From positions 18,372 through 82,371 of the forward strand of contig VHCZ01000003.1 of NCBI GenBank assembly GCA_016871535.1: a stretch of 64,000 nucleotides of DNA. The letters are read 5' to 3'. A model generated the notes under the pieces. The model saw nothing but the letters and a program-made list of their open reading frames with translations, was not told the origin of the DNA and made no database searches. The stretch comes from Verrucomicrobiota bacterium. GTDB lineage: Bacteria; Verrucomicrobiota; Verrucomicrobiia; Limisphaerales; SIBE01. Shown piece after piece: positions 43,336 to 52,061 of the stretch (positions are counted from its first letter, which is position 1; the number at the start of each line of letters is the position of its first letter). Position numbers and translations under genes: made by a program.

Positions 43336-43483
43336 GGGGAGCACACGCGCCCTCGCGTCCGGGAGTCGGCGCCCTCGCCGACTCTATTCAATCGAACTGA
43401 ACCGTCCCACTCAGTGCGACGGTTTCAACGAGGATCCGACCGGCGGGGCGCTGGTCGGCACACGCGAGGCGCGTGTGCTCCCC
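43336..43483. repeat. Family A element, copy A3
   Basis: ggggagcacacgcgccctcgcgtcc..gtcggcgccctcgccgac ... ccgaccggcggggcgctggtcggcacacgcgaggcgcgtgtgctcccc. The outer cgattcag / ctgaatcg pairing extends it to 43321-43498. Confidence 0.9.
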
Positions 43484-43562
43484 AGTTCAACTGAATCGTT
43501 CCGGCTAAGCCAGGCTCGCTAAAATGCGTGCCTGGCGCTCCCTGATCGGCTAATTAGAGAAC

Positions 43563-44141
43563 GTGAGTCAGTCGCGGCCTCTGCACAACATCGCGCTGGT
43601 TGGTTTCATGGGCACGGGGAAAACTTCCGTCGGCCAACTGCTCGCGCGCATCCTCCACTTTCGCCTGGTGGACACGGACGTCCTGATCGAACGCCGGACC
43701 GGCAAGAAGATCAGCGCGATTTTTGCCGAAGAAGGCGAAGTGAAGTTTCGCGAGCACGAGCGCGCGGTGGTGGAAGAATTGGCGCGTTACCGGCGGACGG
43801 TCATTGCCGCCGGCGGCGGGTTGGTGACGCATCCGGCCAACCTGGCCAGCCTGAAAACGCACGCGCTCGTCGTCTGTCTTTGGGCCGCGCCGGAAGTCAT
43901 CTGGCGCCGCGTCCGCCACCAGGCCCATCGCCCGCTCCTCAACACCCCGGATCCGCTGGCGACCATCCGCAAGTTGCTGGCGGAACGCGAGGGATTTTAC
44001 CGCCAGGCCGACGTGTTGATCGGCACCGACATTCGGTCCGTCAAAGAGGTCGCGCTCCAGGTGGCGCATCAATTCCGGGCCGCCCAGGCCCGCCCTCGTG
44101 AAAAACCGCATTCTGAGCCGAGCGCTGGCACTGGGCTTTGA
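43563..44141 (+). CDS. aroK: Shikimate kinase
   Basis: GTG start. NIALVGFMGTGKTSVGQLLA, DTD, and GEVKFREHERAVV. Confidence 0.88.
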   Translation: MSQSRPLHNIALVGFMGTGKTSVGQLLARILHFRLVDTDVLIERRTGKKISAIFAEEGEVKFREHERAVVEELARYRRTVIAAGGGLVTHPANLASLKTHALVVCLWAAPEVIWRRVRHQAHRPLLNTPDPLATIRKLLAEREGFYRQADVLIGTDIRSVKEVALQVAHQFRAAQARPREKPHSEPSAGTGL

Positions 44142-45162
44142 CGCCTGCCGATTCACCACGGCTGATCCCCCGCTGGCCGCAGCCGAGTTCCGCCGTTGGC
44201 TCGCGGCCCGCCGCCACGGCGAAATGGCTTACCTGGAGCGCAACGCCGCCAAACGCGTCAACCCTCAAGAAGTGCTCGCGGAAGCCAAAACCATCATCAC
44301 CCTGGCCGTCAACTACGCCAATCGCCGCGATTCTGCTAGCGCTCCTGACGATTCACGTTTTACGCCCCCCGCCCCCCGCCCCACCGGAATTGTCGCCCGC
44401 TACGCCCGCTACACCGACTACCACGAAGCATTGGCCGAGCCTTTGAAGCAGCTTACCCAGCACGTCAACAGCCTCGGCGGACCAGGAACCCGTTCGCTGT
44501 GGTATGTCGATACCGGCCCGTTGCTCGAACGGGATCTCGCGCAACGGGCGGGCCTGGGGTTCATCGGAAAACACACAAACTTGATCAACCGGCAACTGGG
44601 CAACTGGTTCTTCCTGGCCGAAATTCTCACCACGCTCCCGCTCGAACCCGACGCCCCCGCCAAAAATCTTTGTGGCTCGTGCGCCCGCTGCCTGGCGGCC
44701 TGCCCGACGCAAGCGATCGTGGCCCCGTTCCAACTCGACGCGCGGCGGTGCATCTCCTACCTCACCATCGAACTGCGCGGGGCGATCCCGGTCGAACTGC
44801 GTCCCGCCCTCGGGGCGCGGATTTTCGGTTGCGATGATTGCCTGGAGGTTTGTCCGTGGAATCGGTTCGCCCGCGAAGCCAACCTGATGAGGGAACACGC
44901 GCGGCCAGACCTGGCCGCGCCGGACTTATTGGATTTGCTTGCGCTGGACGACGCGGCGTTCAAACGCCGCTTCGCCAACACGCCCATTCTCCGCGCCAAG
45001 CGCCGCGGCCTCTCGCGAAACGTATGCGTCGCGCTGGGGAACGTCGGGGATCAAAGCGCGCTGCCGGCCTTGGAGCGCGCGGCGAGGGAGAACGAACCGC
45101 TCATCGCGGAGCACGCGCAATGGGCGATTCATCAGATTCGGAGTCGCGGGGGCAAGCCGTAA
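44098..45162 (+). CDS. queG: Epoxyqueuosine reductase
   Basis: GTG start overlapping aroK by 44 nt. 4Fe-4S motifs CGSCARCLAACP and CDDCLEVCPWN. HEAT-like tail ALGNVGDQSALPALERAA. Confidence 0.9.
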   Translation: MKNRILSRALALGFDACRFTTADPPLAAAEFRRWLAARRHGEMAYLERNAAKRVNPQEVLAEAKTIITLAVNYANRRDSASAPDDSRFTPPAPRPTGIVARYARYTDYHEALAEPLKQLTQHVNSLGGPGTRSLWYVDTGPLLERDLAQRAGLGFIGKHTNLINRQLGNWFFLAEILTTLPLEPDAPAKNLCGSCARCLAACPTQAIVAPFQLDARRCISYLTIELRGAIPVELRPALGARIFGCDDCLEVCPWNRFAREANLMREHARPDLAAPDLLDLLALDDAAFKRRFANTPILRAKRRGLSRNVCVALGNVGDQSALPALERAARENEPLIAEHAQWAIHQIRSRGGKP

Positions 45163-45177
45163 CGATTCAGTGAAGAA

Positions 45178-45325
45178 GGGGAGCGCACGCGCCTCGCGTG
45201 CCGTGGTCGGCGCCCTCGCCGACCCAAGGGTTCCGTCCAACCTGTCGCCCTCGAGTGGCCTTCTGACGCGTTCCATCCGACCGGCGAGGCGCCGGTCGAA
45301 ACACGCGAGGGCGCGTGTGCTCCCC
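45178..45325. repeat. Family A element, copy A4
   Basis: ggggagcgcacgcgcctcgcgtgccgtggtcggcgccctcgccgacc ... ccgaccggcgaggcgccggtcgaaacacgcgagggcgcgtgtgctcccc. Starts 16 nt after the queG stop. Confidence 0.9.
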
Positions 45326-45517
45326 GGTTCGGACGGCCTGGTTCTGGCTAAGCTTTCCCGGCCAGAAGAACGGCCAGAGTGCCACGGTACGAATACCAAA
45401 GCCACCGCTACCGGCGAAACCGGATTTGGAGATCAGGGATTCTCCGAGCCGTCAGACTGCCAAAAGCAATTTCCGAAAAGGGGGCCGACACCCTGCCGGG
45501 CGGTATCTGTTTAGCGT

Positions 45518-45684
45518 GGGTAGGGACGGATTCCACTCCGTCCCTGATTAATCCTTGAGGCGTCTCTTGAAGGGGGAAACGGGTAACGGAAAAACCAGGA
45601 GCCTCCGTTGGGCCATCGTCTCTTCCTGGGCGGCGGTCTGCCTCAAGGCTTGATTTGGGACGGAGTGGAATCCGTCCCTACCAC
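45518..45684. mobile_element. Roughly 165-bp MITE/REPIN-like element bounded by family C hairpins (copy 1)
   Basis: gggtagggacggattccactccgtccctg ... gggacggagtggaatccgtccctacc. Its reverse complement is about 85 percent identical by eye to 61021-61184. Confidence 0.8.
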
Positions 45685-45758
45685 GCAAACACGTATGCCG
45701 TCGTGGCAAACCGGCAAGTTTGCCCCACGTTTCGGAAATTGCTTTTGGCAGGTGGTCT

Positions 45759-46811
45759 CTAAAACTGAAACACCGCCACGACCGGGCGATGGTCGCTGGG
45801 GCGGTCGTCGCGAGTTTTTCCCTTGTTCACGACGTGCTGCCCGTAAGCTTGATGATCCACCTTGCCGGCGTCGCGTAGCGATTTGAGTTTGGTCGTGCCG
45901 TTGAAAATGCCCGTGGTGACCAGGATGTGGTCGGTGAGCGTCCGGATCATTTTCCCATCGCGCGTCGGGTCCGAGAACTCGGCGGAGTAAGCGTGGTCGG
46001 CGTCGGGTTCCAGATAAGCTTGCGGGAGCGCGTGGTGCATGAGCGCGGCTTCGCGATGAAAACCGCCGCGCAATTCATCGACGATGTTGTGGATAAGGAA
46101 ATGCTCCTCGAAGACATCGCGGTGCGGCCCATCGTTCAGGTCGCCCATGAGAATGCAGCCGTCGGTGCGCAGGCTGAGAATGGCGTGGCTGAGGTAGCGG
46201 CGCACCGCGGCCATCTCCGCCGAAAGCTTCTGGCGGGAACGCAACGCATCGACGATGACCTCTTTGTCGCGCCGGGTGAAATGCTCTTTCCGCTTGAGAC
46301 TGGAGATTTGCGACTTGGTGTGGAACAGCATCAGCTCGTACGTCTCAGTCTGGATTTTGAAGCGCAGGACTGCGGGCTTGCGCGTGAACTTCTCCAGGGT
46401 CGCCTTTTTGACCTCGTCCTAGTGGTAATACTCCACCTTGCGCGAAAGATGTTTGTAGATGTCGTTGGTCTCGGGGACTTGCACCGCCTTCACCGGGCAA
46501 TCGTCGCGCACGAGGAGATGATTGGATTGCGGCCCGCTTTCCGCGCTGAAAACCTTGTAGCGATTGCCCAGGTATTCTTTCACGAACAATTCCATCTGGG
46601 CCTTGCGCGGCGGGCCTTCGACGATGCCCACGACGTGGCAATCCACGGTCTTGACGACGCCCGCGATGCGTTTGCACACGCCCGGGCAATCCTTGGGTTT
46701 GCCGCCCAATCCGCCCTTCTTGGATTCGGCCGGGTAAATTCTGGCTTCGTTGCCGACGAACAGATTCGGCATCCATTCGGCGTTAAATGAGGCGATTCTG
46801 AGTTTTGGCAT
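45759..46811 (-). pseudogene. Endonuclease/exonuclease/phosphatase (EEP) family gene interrupted by one in-frame TAG
   Basis: MPKLRIASFNAEW...VEYYH-TAG(46419-46421)-DEVKKATLEKF... The same frame continues to GDLNDGPH and SDHRPVVAVFQF. Confidence 0.7.
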
Positions 46812-47000
46812 AATGGACTCCTTGCAATGACATGGCCTCGCCTCGAAATTCACGGAGAAAGCCCTTGTTCCAGCGCGCTGACGGCGAGCAGGTAAAAGAG
46901 ATTGTGCACGACAGGTACTCATTGGTCATCCCTCTTGGCCACGAACCTCGCGCCATCTTCGAACGACCCGTTCGGGAGAACGGCGACCACGAACTTCAAG

Positions 47001-47082
47001 GTAGGGCGAGCCTGTCCCCAGCGAGCCGCCCCGGACGTGTTCCGGGCTCGTCGAGCGGCTCACCGGGACGGACTCGCCCTAC
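47001..47082. repeat. Family B core B5
   Basis: gtagggcgagcctgtccccagcgagccg..gagcggctcaccgggacggactcgccctac. Confidence 0.85.
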
Positions 47083-47147
47083 CAGCGATAAGCTCAAGAG
47101 CCGCGCGCACGGCTCGGAGGCCGTCCGAGCTTTCCGTTGTCGTCATT

Positions 47148-47912
47148 TTAGTGGGACTCCAGAATCAAACTCAAGCAAGTGACACCGCCTTCCGCCTTGG
47201 CAAATTCGGACAAATCCGTTGTTTGAACCGTGAAGCCAAGTTTGGCAATTGCCTCAGCCGTTCGCGGGTACACGGCGGCCATGCAAACGATATCGCCGAT
47301 GCTCAACACGTCCGCCGCCCAGGGTTCGGATTCGGGCACAGGAACGGTTTCAAACCCAGCCAAATCTCGAGCATTCACCCACGCCGGATTGATGAGCAGC
47401 CGTCCATCGGGCAAAGCCGTGCAAGCCGACTTCAAGTGCAAACATTCCCGGATCGGCACGCCCCGGACGCGGTAATTGTGGAACACCGCGATGGCCGCCA
47501 ATGCTTCCAGCCCGGCCGGGTTCGTCCTCGACGACAGACCCACGAGCAACGTCTGCCCCACGCGCACTACGTCTCCGCCTTCAATGGTTGCGGGAAATTC
47601 CACTCTCTGGACCTCCCGGTATTTGCGAAGCACCGGTTCGATCCCGGCCGGCTCGGCGCGCCGGGATTCCGCGCCCATCGAGGCGAGGACGGCCACTTCA
47701 TCCAGAATGATCGCTGTGTCTTCGATAAACACACCATCCGGGAAATCGCGATTCACGTCCAGCACGCGGACCTCGGCGCCGCATTCGCGCAGCATCCGGC
47801 AATACGCTTCGTGTTGAAGGAGCGCCCGGCGGTAGTCGATGGCGGTGCGAGCAACGAAAGTCAGTTCGCACCGGCTCAGCTTCGGCGAAGGAATGTGAGT
47901 GATTGCGAGCAT
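47148..47912 (-). CDS. Dimethylarginine dimethylaminohydrolase-like (amidinotransferase superfamily) enzyme
   Basis: ATG at 47912 (MLAITHIPSPKLSRCELT...). FPDGVFIEDTAIILD. C-terminal catalytic Cys context EGGVTCLSLIL. Confidence 0.8.
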   Translation of the reverse strand: MLAITHIPSPKLSRCELTFVARTAIDYRRALLQHEAYCRMLRECGAEVRVLDVNRDFPDGVFIEDTAIILDEVAVLASMGAESRRAEPAGIEPVLRKYREVQRVEFPATIEGGDVVRVGQTLLVGLSSRTNPAGLEALAAIAVFHNYRVRGVPIRECLHLKSACTALPDGRLLINPAWVNARDLAGFETVPVPESEPWAADVLSIGDIVCMAAVYPRTAEAIAKLGFTVQTTDLSEFAKAEGGVTCLSLILESH

Positions 47913-47917
47913 TTCAA

Positions 47918-48032
47918 CGTAGAACAGGCTTCCAGCCTGTCCCAATTTCAGTCCAGGATCGCGTTGCGTTTTCGGATGGTCGTTAGCGACGCGTCACTGG
48001 GCAGGCAGGATGCCGGCAGGATGCCTGCCCTA
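47918..48032. repeat. Two GTAG-headed hairpins
   Basis: gtag-aacaggc-ttcc-agcctgtcc at 47918-47941. Reverse complement of 47998-48032 is gtagggcaggcatcctgccggcatcctgcctgccc. Confidence 0.75.
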
Positions 48033-48041
48033 CATTGTTGT

Positions 48042-50681
48042 TCACTGCGAATCCTTTCCCTCCAGCGCGGCTCTTAACGCCTCTCTCTGACTCGCCGAGA
48101 AGATGAAGAGGTTTTCCGGAAACTTCCGGTGAACGATCATTTGCTCGAAAATGCTCCAACCCTCGCTGGCATTGAGTCCCAGTCCAGCCAGGTATTGGAG
48201 CCGGAGGTTGCGGTCCTGATTGATTTCCGCGTCCTTCAGCCACGGCTTCAGGTCCGGTCCCTGGCCGCCATAGGTCGCGAGCAAACTCACCGTCGATTTG
48301 AAACCGACCTCGCCGAGGGATTGGCTGACGGCCTCGTGGTGTTCCAGCCGCCGATCCAGCTCGTCCACGTTGATCTTGATCGGGTCGCTTTGGCCGAGCA
48401 GAACCACGTCGTAGCCTTCGCCGCCCAGATCGTTGCTCCAGATCGTGCCGTGGGGAAACACTTCAAAGAAAGTCGCGATCTCGCTTTTCACGACGTCCAT
48501 TCGGCTCTCGTAAAGCGGCACCCATTGGGTCACCAGCCCGCCCGGATTCAAATGCCGTTTGCACAACTCGAAATACTCCTTCGTGTAAAGCGTCGCCGCG
48601 CCTTTGACCCAGGGATGGATCGGATCGGAGGTGATGATGTCGAACTTTTCCGCGGTCGTGAGCACGTAATGCCGGGCGTCGTCATAAACGATCTTTACGC
48701 GGGGATCTTTCACGACGTTGTAGTTTTCTTTGCCGAAATACTGAGCGACGACCTTCGGAATGAGCGGTTCAATCTCGCAAACGACGATCTTCTCGATGCC
48801 GGGATGCACGATGAACGAGCCGGCCGTCACGCCCGCGCCGCAGCCGACAATCAAGACGGATTTGGGCTGCGGATGGAACAAGGCCGGGATGTGGCCCAGC
48901 ATGCGTTGCAGCCGCATGTCCTGGGGTTCGGTGGACGCTTCGATTTTGCCGCTGACATGGAAATTCCGCACCTGGCCGCTGGACTCGGTGACCGCGACCG
49001 ACGAGTTCATTCCCTCGCCCAGGTAAAGCGGCTTCGAAACCTCGTCTTGAATCGCGAGGTTGCGGCCATACGCGACCAGGCCCCACGGGACCTTGGGCAC
49101 GTGCCAGATCAACCACGCGGCCAACACGCCCGCGAACAACAGAGCCAGAGAGCCCGAGATTCTGCCGAACATCGTTGGCACGGTTTGGCCGGGGGCGGAA
49201 TGCGGAGTGCGGAGTGCGGAGTGGGCCGGGCCTTCGGCTTCAGAGGCGTTGTTCCGTCTTGCCCAGAGCAGAGGAGTCAAAACCAACACCGCAGCCACCA
49301 CGGAGATTCCCATCAACACTTGCTGCGAATGCTGCGTGCCGATCCATGGAATCAGGCCGACACTCGCGCCGATTGCGCCCAGGATCGCGCCGACCGTGTT
49401 CGCCGCGTACACGCCGCCGACCAGCCGGCCTGGGTCGCGTCCGCGCGAGGCCACGGCCGCGAGCGCCAGCGGGAAGCTTGCGCCCCAAAGGAGCGTCGGC
49501 GGCAGCACCGCCCAAAAACATCGCGCCAGATCTAATTGGAAACCGATCCACGGATTGGTGGAAAGCGCCGGTTTGATCGGCCAATTGGGAAGCGAATTGG
49601 CCAGCATGTATGCGGTCCACGCCGTCGCGGCGGCCAACAGCAGTTGACAGCCACCCACCGCCAGCCGTGCTCGAACGGTTTCGCGCGCCAGGATCGACCC
49701 GACGCTGCTGCCGATTCCCAATCCGACGAGGAACACTGCAAGAATAATGGAGAACGTATAGACCGTCCCACCGAGGAGCAGCGACAAGAGCCGCGTCCAG
49801 ATCACTTCGGCGCCCAACGCGCAGAATCCGGAGAGCGCGATGGCCACATACACCGGCCAGGAAGCCGCGGTATCAGCAGCAGAGCCTGTTTCACTGGAAT
49901 CGGGCGTACTCGTAGCCGCGGACGTCAGGAGGCTCTGATCCACTTCGGATTTCGGATTTCGGATTTCGGATTTGAGAGAATGAGCCTCCTCGCGTCGGCT
50001 GCTGCGCGAAGCAAAGGATTGGTCGCGCTCGTAACGAGCCAGCGCCGCAAAGGCCAAGGCACCCAGAGCCACAGCTCCGTTGATCGCAGCCGCGACGTAC
50101 GTGGCCGTCGCCATGTCATGGACGCGGAGCAAATAGAATCCCGCCAGCAGACAACCAAACACGGCCCCGGCGATGTTCCCTCCGTAGAAAAAGCCCAGCC
50201 ACGAAATACCGTGCGGCGTTGCTTCGACCCAACGCGCCATGGCCGGGAGCGTCGCGCCCATCAGAATGGTCGGTGGCAGCAAACACCCGGCGCATACGAC
50301 CCCGCGAAGCAGGATGCCCGTGAAGCCATGGCCGGCGCCTGCCACATAGAGCCGGGCAACTTGAGGGACCAGAAGCAAAACCAGAATGCCAAGAACTCCG
50401 ATCGCCAACTCCAGACCGGCATACACCCGCAAAGGATGGCGATTAGCGGAAACGATCCGCGGCAAGACCACGCTCCCCAGACACATCCCGCCCATGAACG
50501 TCCCCAGCAACACGCCCAAGGAAACCGCCGACGACCCGATCACGAGTTGGAGCAACTGGAACCAGACAATCTCGTAGATCAACGCCGCGCACCCGCTGCC
50601 GACGAAGAACAGGAGCAGCACGGGAAGAAATCTGCCTGCGCCGGAATCGCCGCTCCGCGAGGTTTGCTTCTCTTCACTCAT
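48042..50681 (-). CDS. Fused polytopic membrane / spermidine synthase-like protein
   Basis: About 12-14 TM segments in the N-terminal 520 aa. C-terminal aminopropyltransferase fold (VLIVGCGAGVTAGS, DIITSDPIHPW), then a TPR-like tail. Confidence 0.85.
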   Translation of the reverse strand: MSEEKQTSRSGDSGAGRFLPVLLLFFVGSGCAALIYEIVWFQLLQLVIGSSAVSLGVLLGTFMGGMCLGSVVLPRIVSANRHPLRVYAGLELAIGVLGILVLLLVPQVARLYVAGAGHGFTGILLRGVVCAGCLLPPTILMGATLPAMARWVEATPHGISWLGFFYGGNIAGAVFGCLLAGFYLLRVHDMATATYVAAAINGAVALGALAFAALARYERDQSFASRSSRREEAHSLKSEIRNPKSEVDQSLLTSAATSTPDSSETGSAADTAASWPVYVAIALSGFCALGAEVIWTRLLSLLLGGTVYTFSIILAVFLVGLGIGSSVGSILARETVRARLAVGGCQLLLAAATAWTAYMLANSLPNWPIKPALSTNPWIGFQLDLARCFWAVLPPTLLWGASFPLALAAVASRGRDPGRLVGGVYAANTVGAILGAIGASVGLIPWIGTQHSQQVLMGISVVAAVLVLTPLLWARRNNASEAEGPAHSALRTPHSAPGQTVPTMFGRISGSLALLFAGVLAAWLIWHVPKVPWGLVAYGRNLAIQDEVSKPLYLGEGMNSSVAVTESSGQVRNFHVSGKIEASTEPQDMRLQRMLGHIPALFHPQPKSVLIVGCGAGVTAGSFIVHPGIEKIVVCEIEPLIPKVVAQYFGKENYNVVKDPRVKIVYDDARHYVLTTAEKFDIITSDPIHPWVKGAATLYTKEYFELCKRHLNPGGLVTQWVPLYESRMDVVKSEIATFFEVFPHGTIWSNDLGGEGYDVVLLGQSDPIKINVDELDRRLEHHEAVSQSLGEVGFKSTVSLLATYGGQGPDLKPWLKDAEINQDRNLRLQYLAGLGLNASEGWSIFEQMIVHRKFPENLFIFSASQREALRAALEGKDSQ
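49205..49232. repeat. In-CDS heptad array GCGGAGT x4
   Basis: gcggaat gcggagt gcggagt gcggagt. Encodes HSALRTPHSA in a loop of the membrane protein. Confidence 0.85.
49946..49973. repeat. In-CDS heptad array CGGATTT x4
   Basis: cggattt x4, flanked by the inverted aggaggctc / gagcctcct pair (49927-49935 and 49983-49991). Encodes KSEIRNPKSE. Confidence 0.85.
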
Positions 50682-50986
50682 AGCTCAATTCAGGCAATGA
50701 GACCGACTCGATGTCAGGTTGGTTTCAGGATTCATCCAGGCAGCGCAGATTTGTAATGATTATCGCGGCATTGCCGGCTGCCTGCACTAGAAATTGGACG
50801 TTGGACCGCGGAAGCTCTCCCGGAGGGAGACTTGAAAATAGCCCGGCAGTTTACTGCCGGGTTTTGAGCACCAGCCGCCCAAGTCCCGAAGACGGAGTGA
50901 AGGAGTTCTTTGGAGTTCTCTGCCTCTCCCCACGAGGCACCAGTGGGCAGAGGACCAAGGAGAGGGGGAACGCATAAAGACGGACC

Positions 50987-51027
50987 TCCCCTCTCCAGCC
51001 CTCTCCTCCCTTACCGGGGAAGAGGGT
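50987..51027. repeat. Family E hairpin, homologous to 24684-24730
   Basis: cccctctccagccctctcctcccttaccggggaagagggtg. Confidence 0.75.
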
Positions 51028-51044
51028 GATCCGAACCCCGGTCT

Positions 51045-51611
51045 TCAGGATGCGCTGGGCTCCAAGCGAAGCTGGAACTCAAAAACAATCGCCACGGAAC
51101 AGTCCGCGGTGTTCAGGACTTTTTCGGGCATTTCGGCGATCCGTGTCGAGTTGTCGATCAGCGTGCGCAGTTCCAAGCCGAGGAAGCGGGGTGTGGGGCC
51201 AGACGCGGGTTGAACTTTCATTGGCTCGAAAATACTGCGCGCGCGCTGGGCATGTTGTTTGACTCCGCCGGCCCGCCCCTCGCGGGCTTTCACGCCTGCG
51301 GCCGCCAGCGCGATCAGTCCTTTGAGAAATTCCGCCACCGGCCCTCGCCGGCCCGAGGCGTGCCAGAGACTTTCCCAGGCTTCGTGCGCTTCCCAGTAAT
51401 AGCCGTGATTGAAAAGATCGATTCCCCGGACATACGGCCGGCATTCGCGCCAATGATCCGGATCGAGTGGCGCAGGGGATGCATGAGGTTTGTCGCTACC
51501 GCGGTGCGCGGCGTTGCGCGTCGGATGCGGCGATTTGCCCGGAACATACGCATAGGCAGGAAATGGCTCCTCGGGAACCAGGCGCGGAATGGGATGGCCC
51601 GGGTCGGGCAC
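51045..51611 (-). CDS. DUF309 domain protein
   Basis: GIDLFNHGYYWEAHEAWESLW is the DUF309 signature. Start is uncertain: GTG at 51611 or TTG at 51638. The ORF-track start at 51803 reads through repeats. Confidence 0.7.
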   Translation of the reverse strand: MPDPGHPIPRLVPEEPFPAYAYVPGKSPHPTRNAAHRGSDKPHASPAPLDPDHWRECRPYVRGIDLFNHGYYWEAHEAWESLWHASGRRGPVAEFLKGLIALAAAGVKAREGRAGGVKQHAQRARSIFEPMKVQPASGPTPRFLGLELRTLIDNSTRIAEMPEKVLNTADCSVAIVFEFQLRLEPSAS

Positions 51612-51638
51612 GGATTCAACGTTTCTTGGTGTCTTCAA

Positions 51639-51725
51639 GTTCAGCGTTCGATGTTCGGCGTTCGATGTTCGATGTTGAGATTCCAAACTTTGAACATCCA
51701 ACCTCGAACGCCGAACGTCGAACCA
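51639..51725. repeat. Inverted pair of 7-nt-period arrays (GTTCGAT type)
   Basis: gttcagc gttcgat gttcggc gttcgat gttcgat gttgaga / ttccaaactt / tgaacat ccaacct cgaacgc cgaacgt cgaacca. Confidence 0.85.
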
Positions 51726-51760
51726 ACCATCTTTACCCCTGGCATTCCATGACGAAGAGG

Positions 51761-51893
51761 CAGGGCGAGCCTGTCTCAGCGAGCCGAGTCGGACGTGTTC
51801 CACGCACGTCGAGCGGCTCGCCGGGACGGACTCGCCCTACCTGGTTCATGAGCCGTGTGCATGGCCCCGTGACCAAGCCGGATTTCCATGAAG
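51761..51893. repeat. Family B core B6 plus flank
   Basis: cagggcgagcctgtctcagcgagccg..gagcggctcgccgggacggactcgccctac, then ctggttcatgagccgtgtgcatggcc...gatttccatgaag. Confidence 0.85.
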
Positions 51894-51896
51894 ACG

Positions 51897-52058
51897 GTAG
51901 GGACGCATTCCACTGCGTCCCAAATCGAACCTGGCGGCGTTCGGCTGCCAGGGAGGCAACGATGGAAACAGAGAGCCGCTCAGGGTACCCATCGTTCGCT
52001 CTCGGTTCGGCCGGCGCGCTCAGGATAATCCAGGGACGCGGTGGAACGCGTCCTTACC
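51897..52058. repeat. Family C hairpin pair with about 110-bp spacer
   Basis: gtagggacgcattccactgcgtccc ... agggacgcggtggaacgcgtccttacc. Confidence 0.8.
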
Positions 52059-52061
52059 CGG

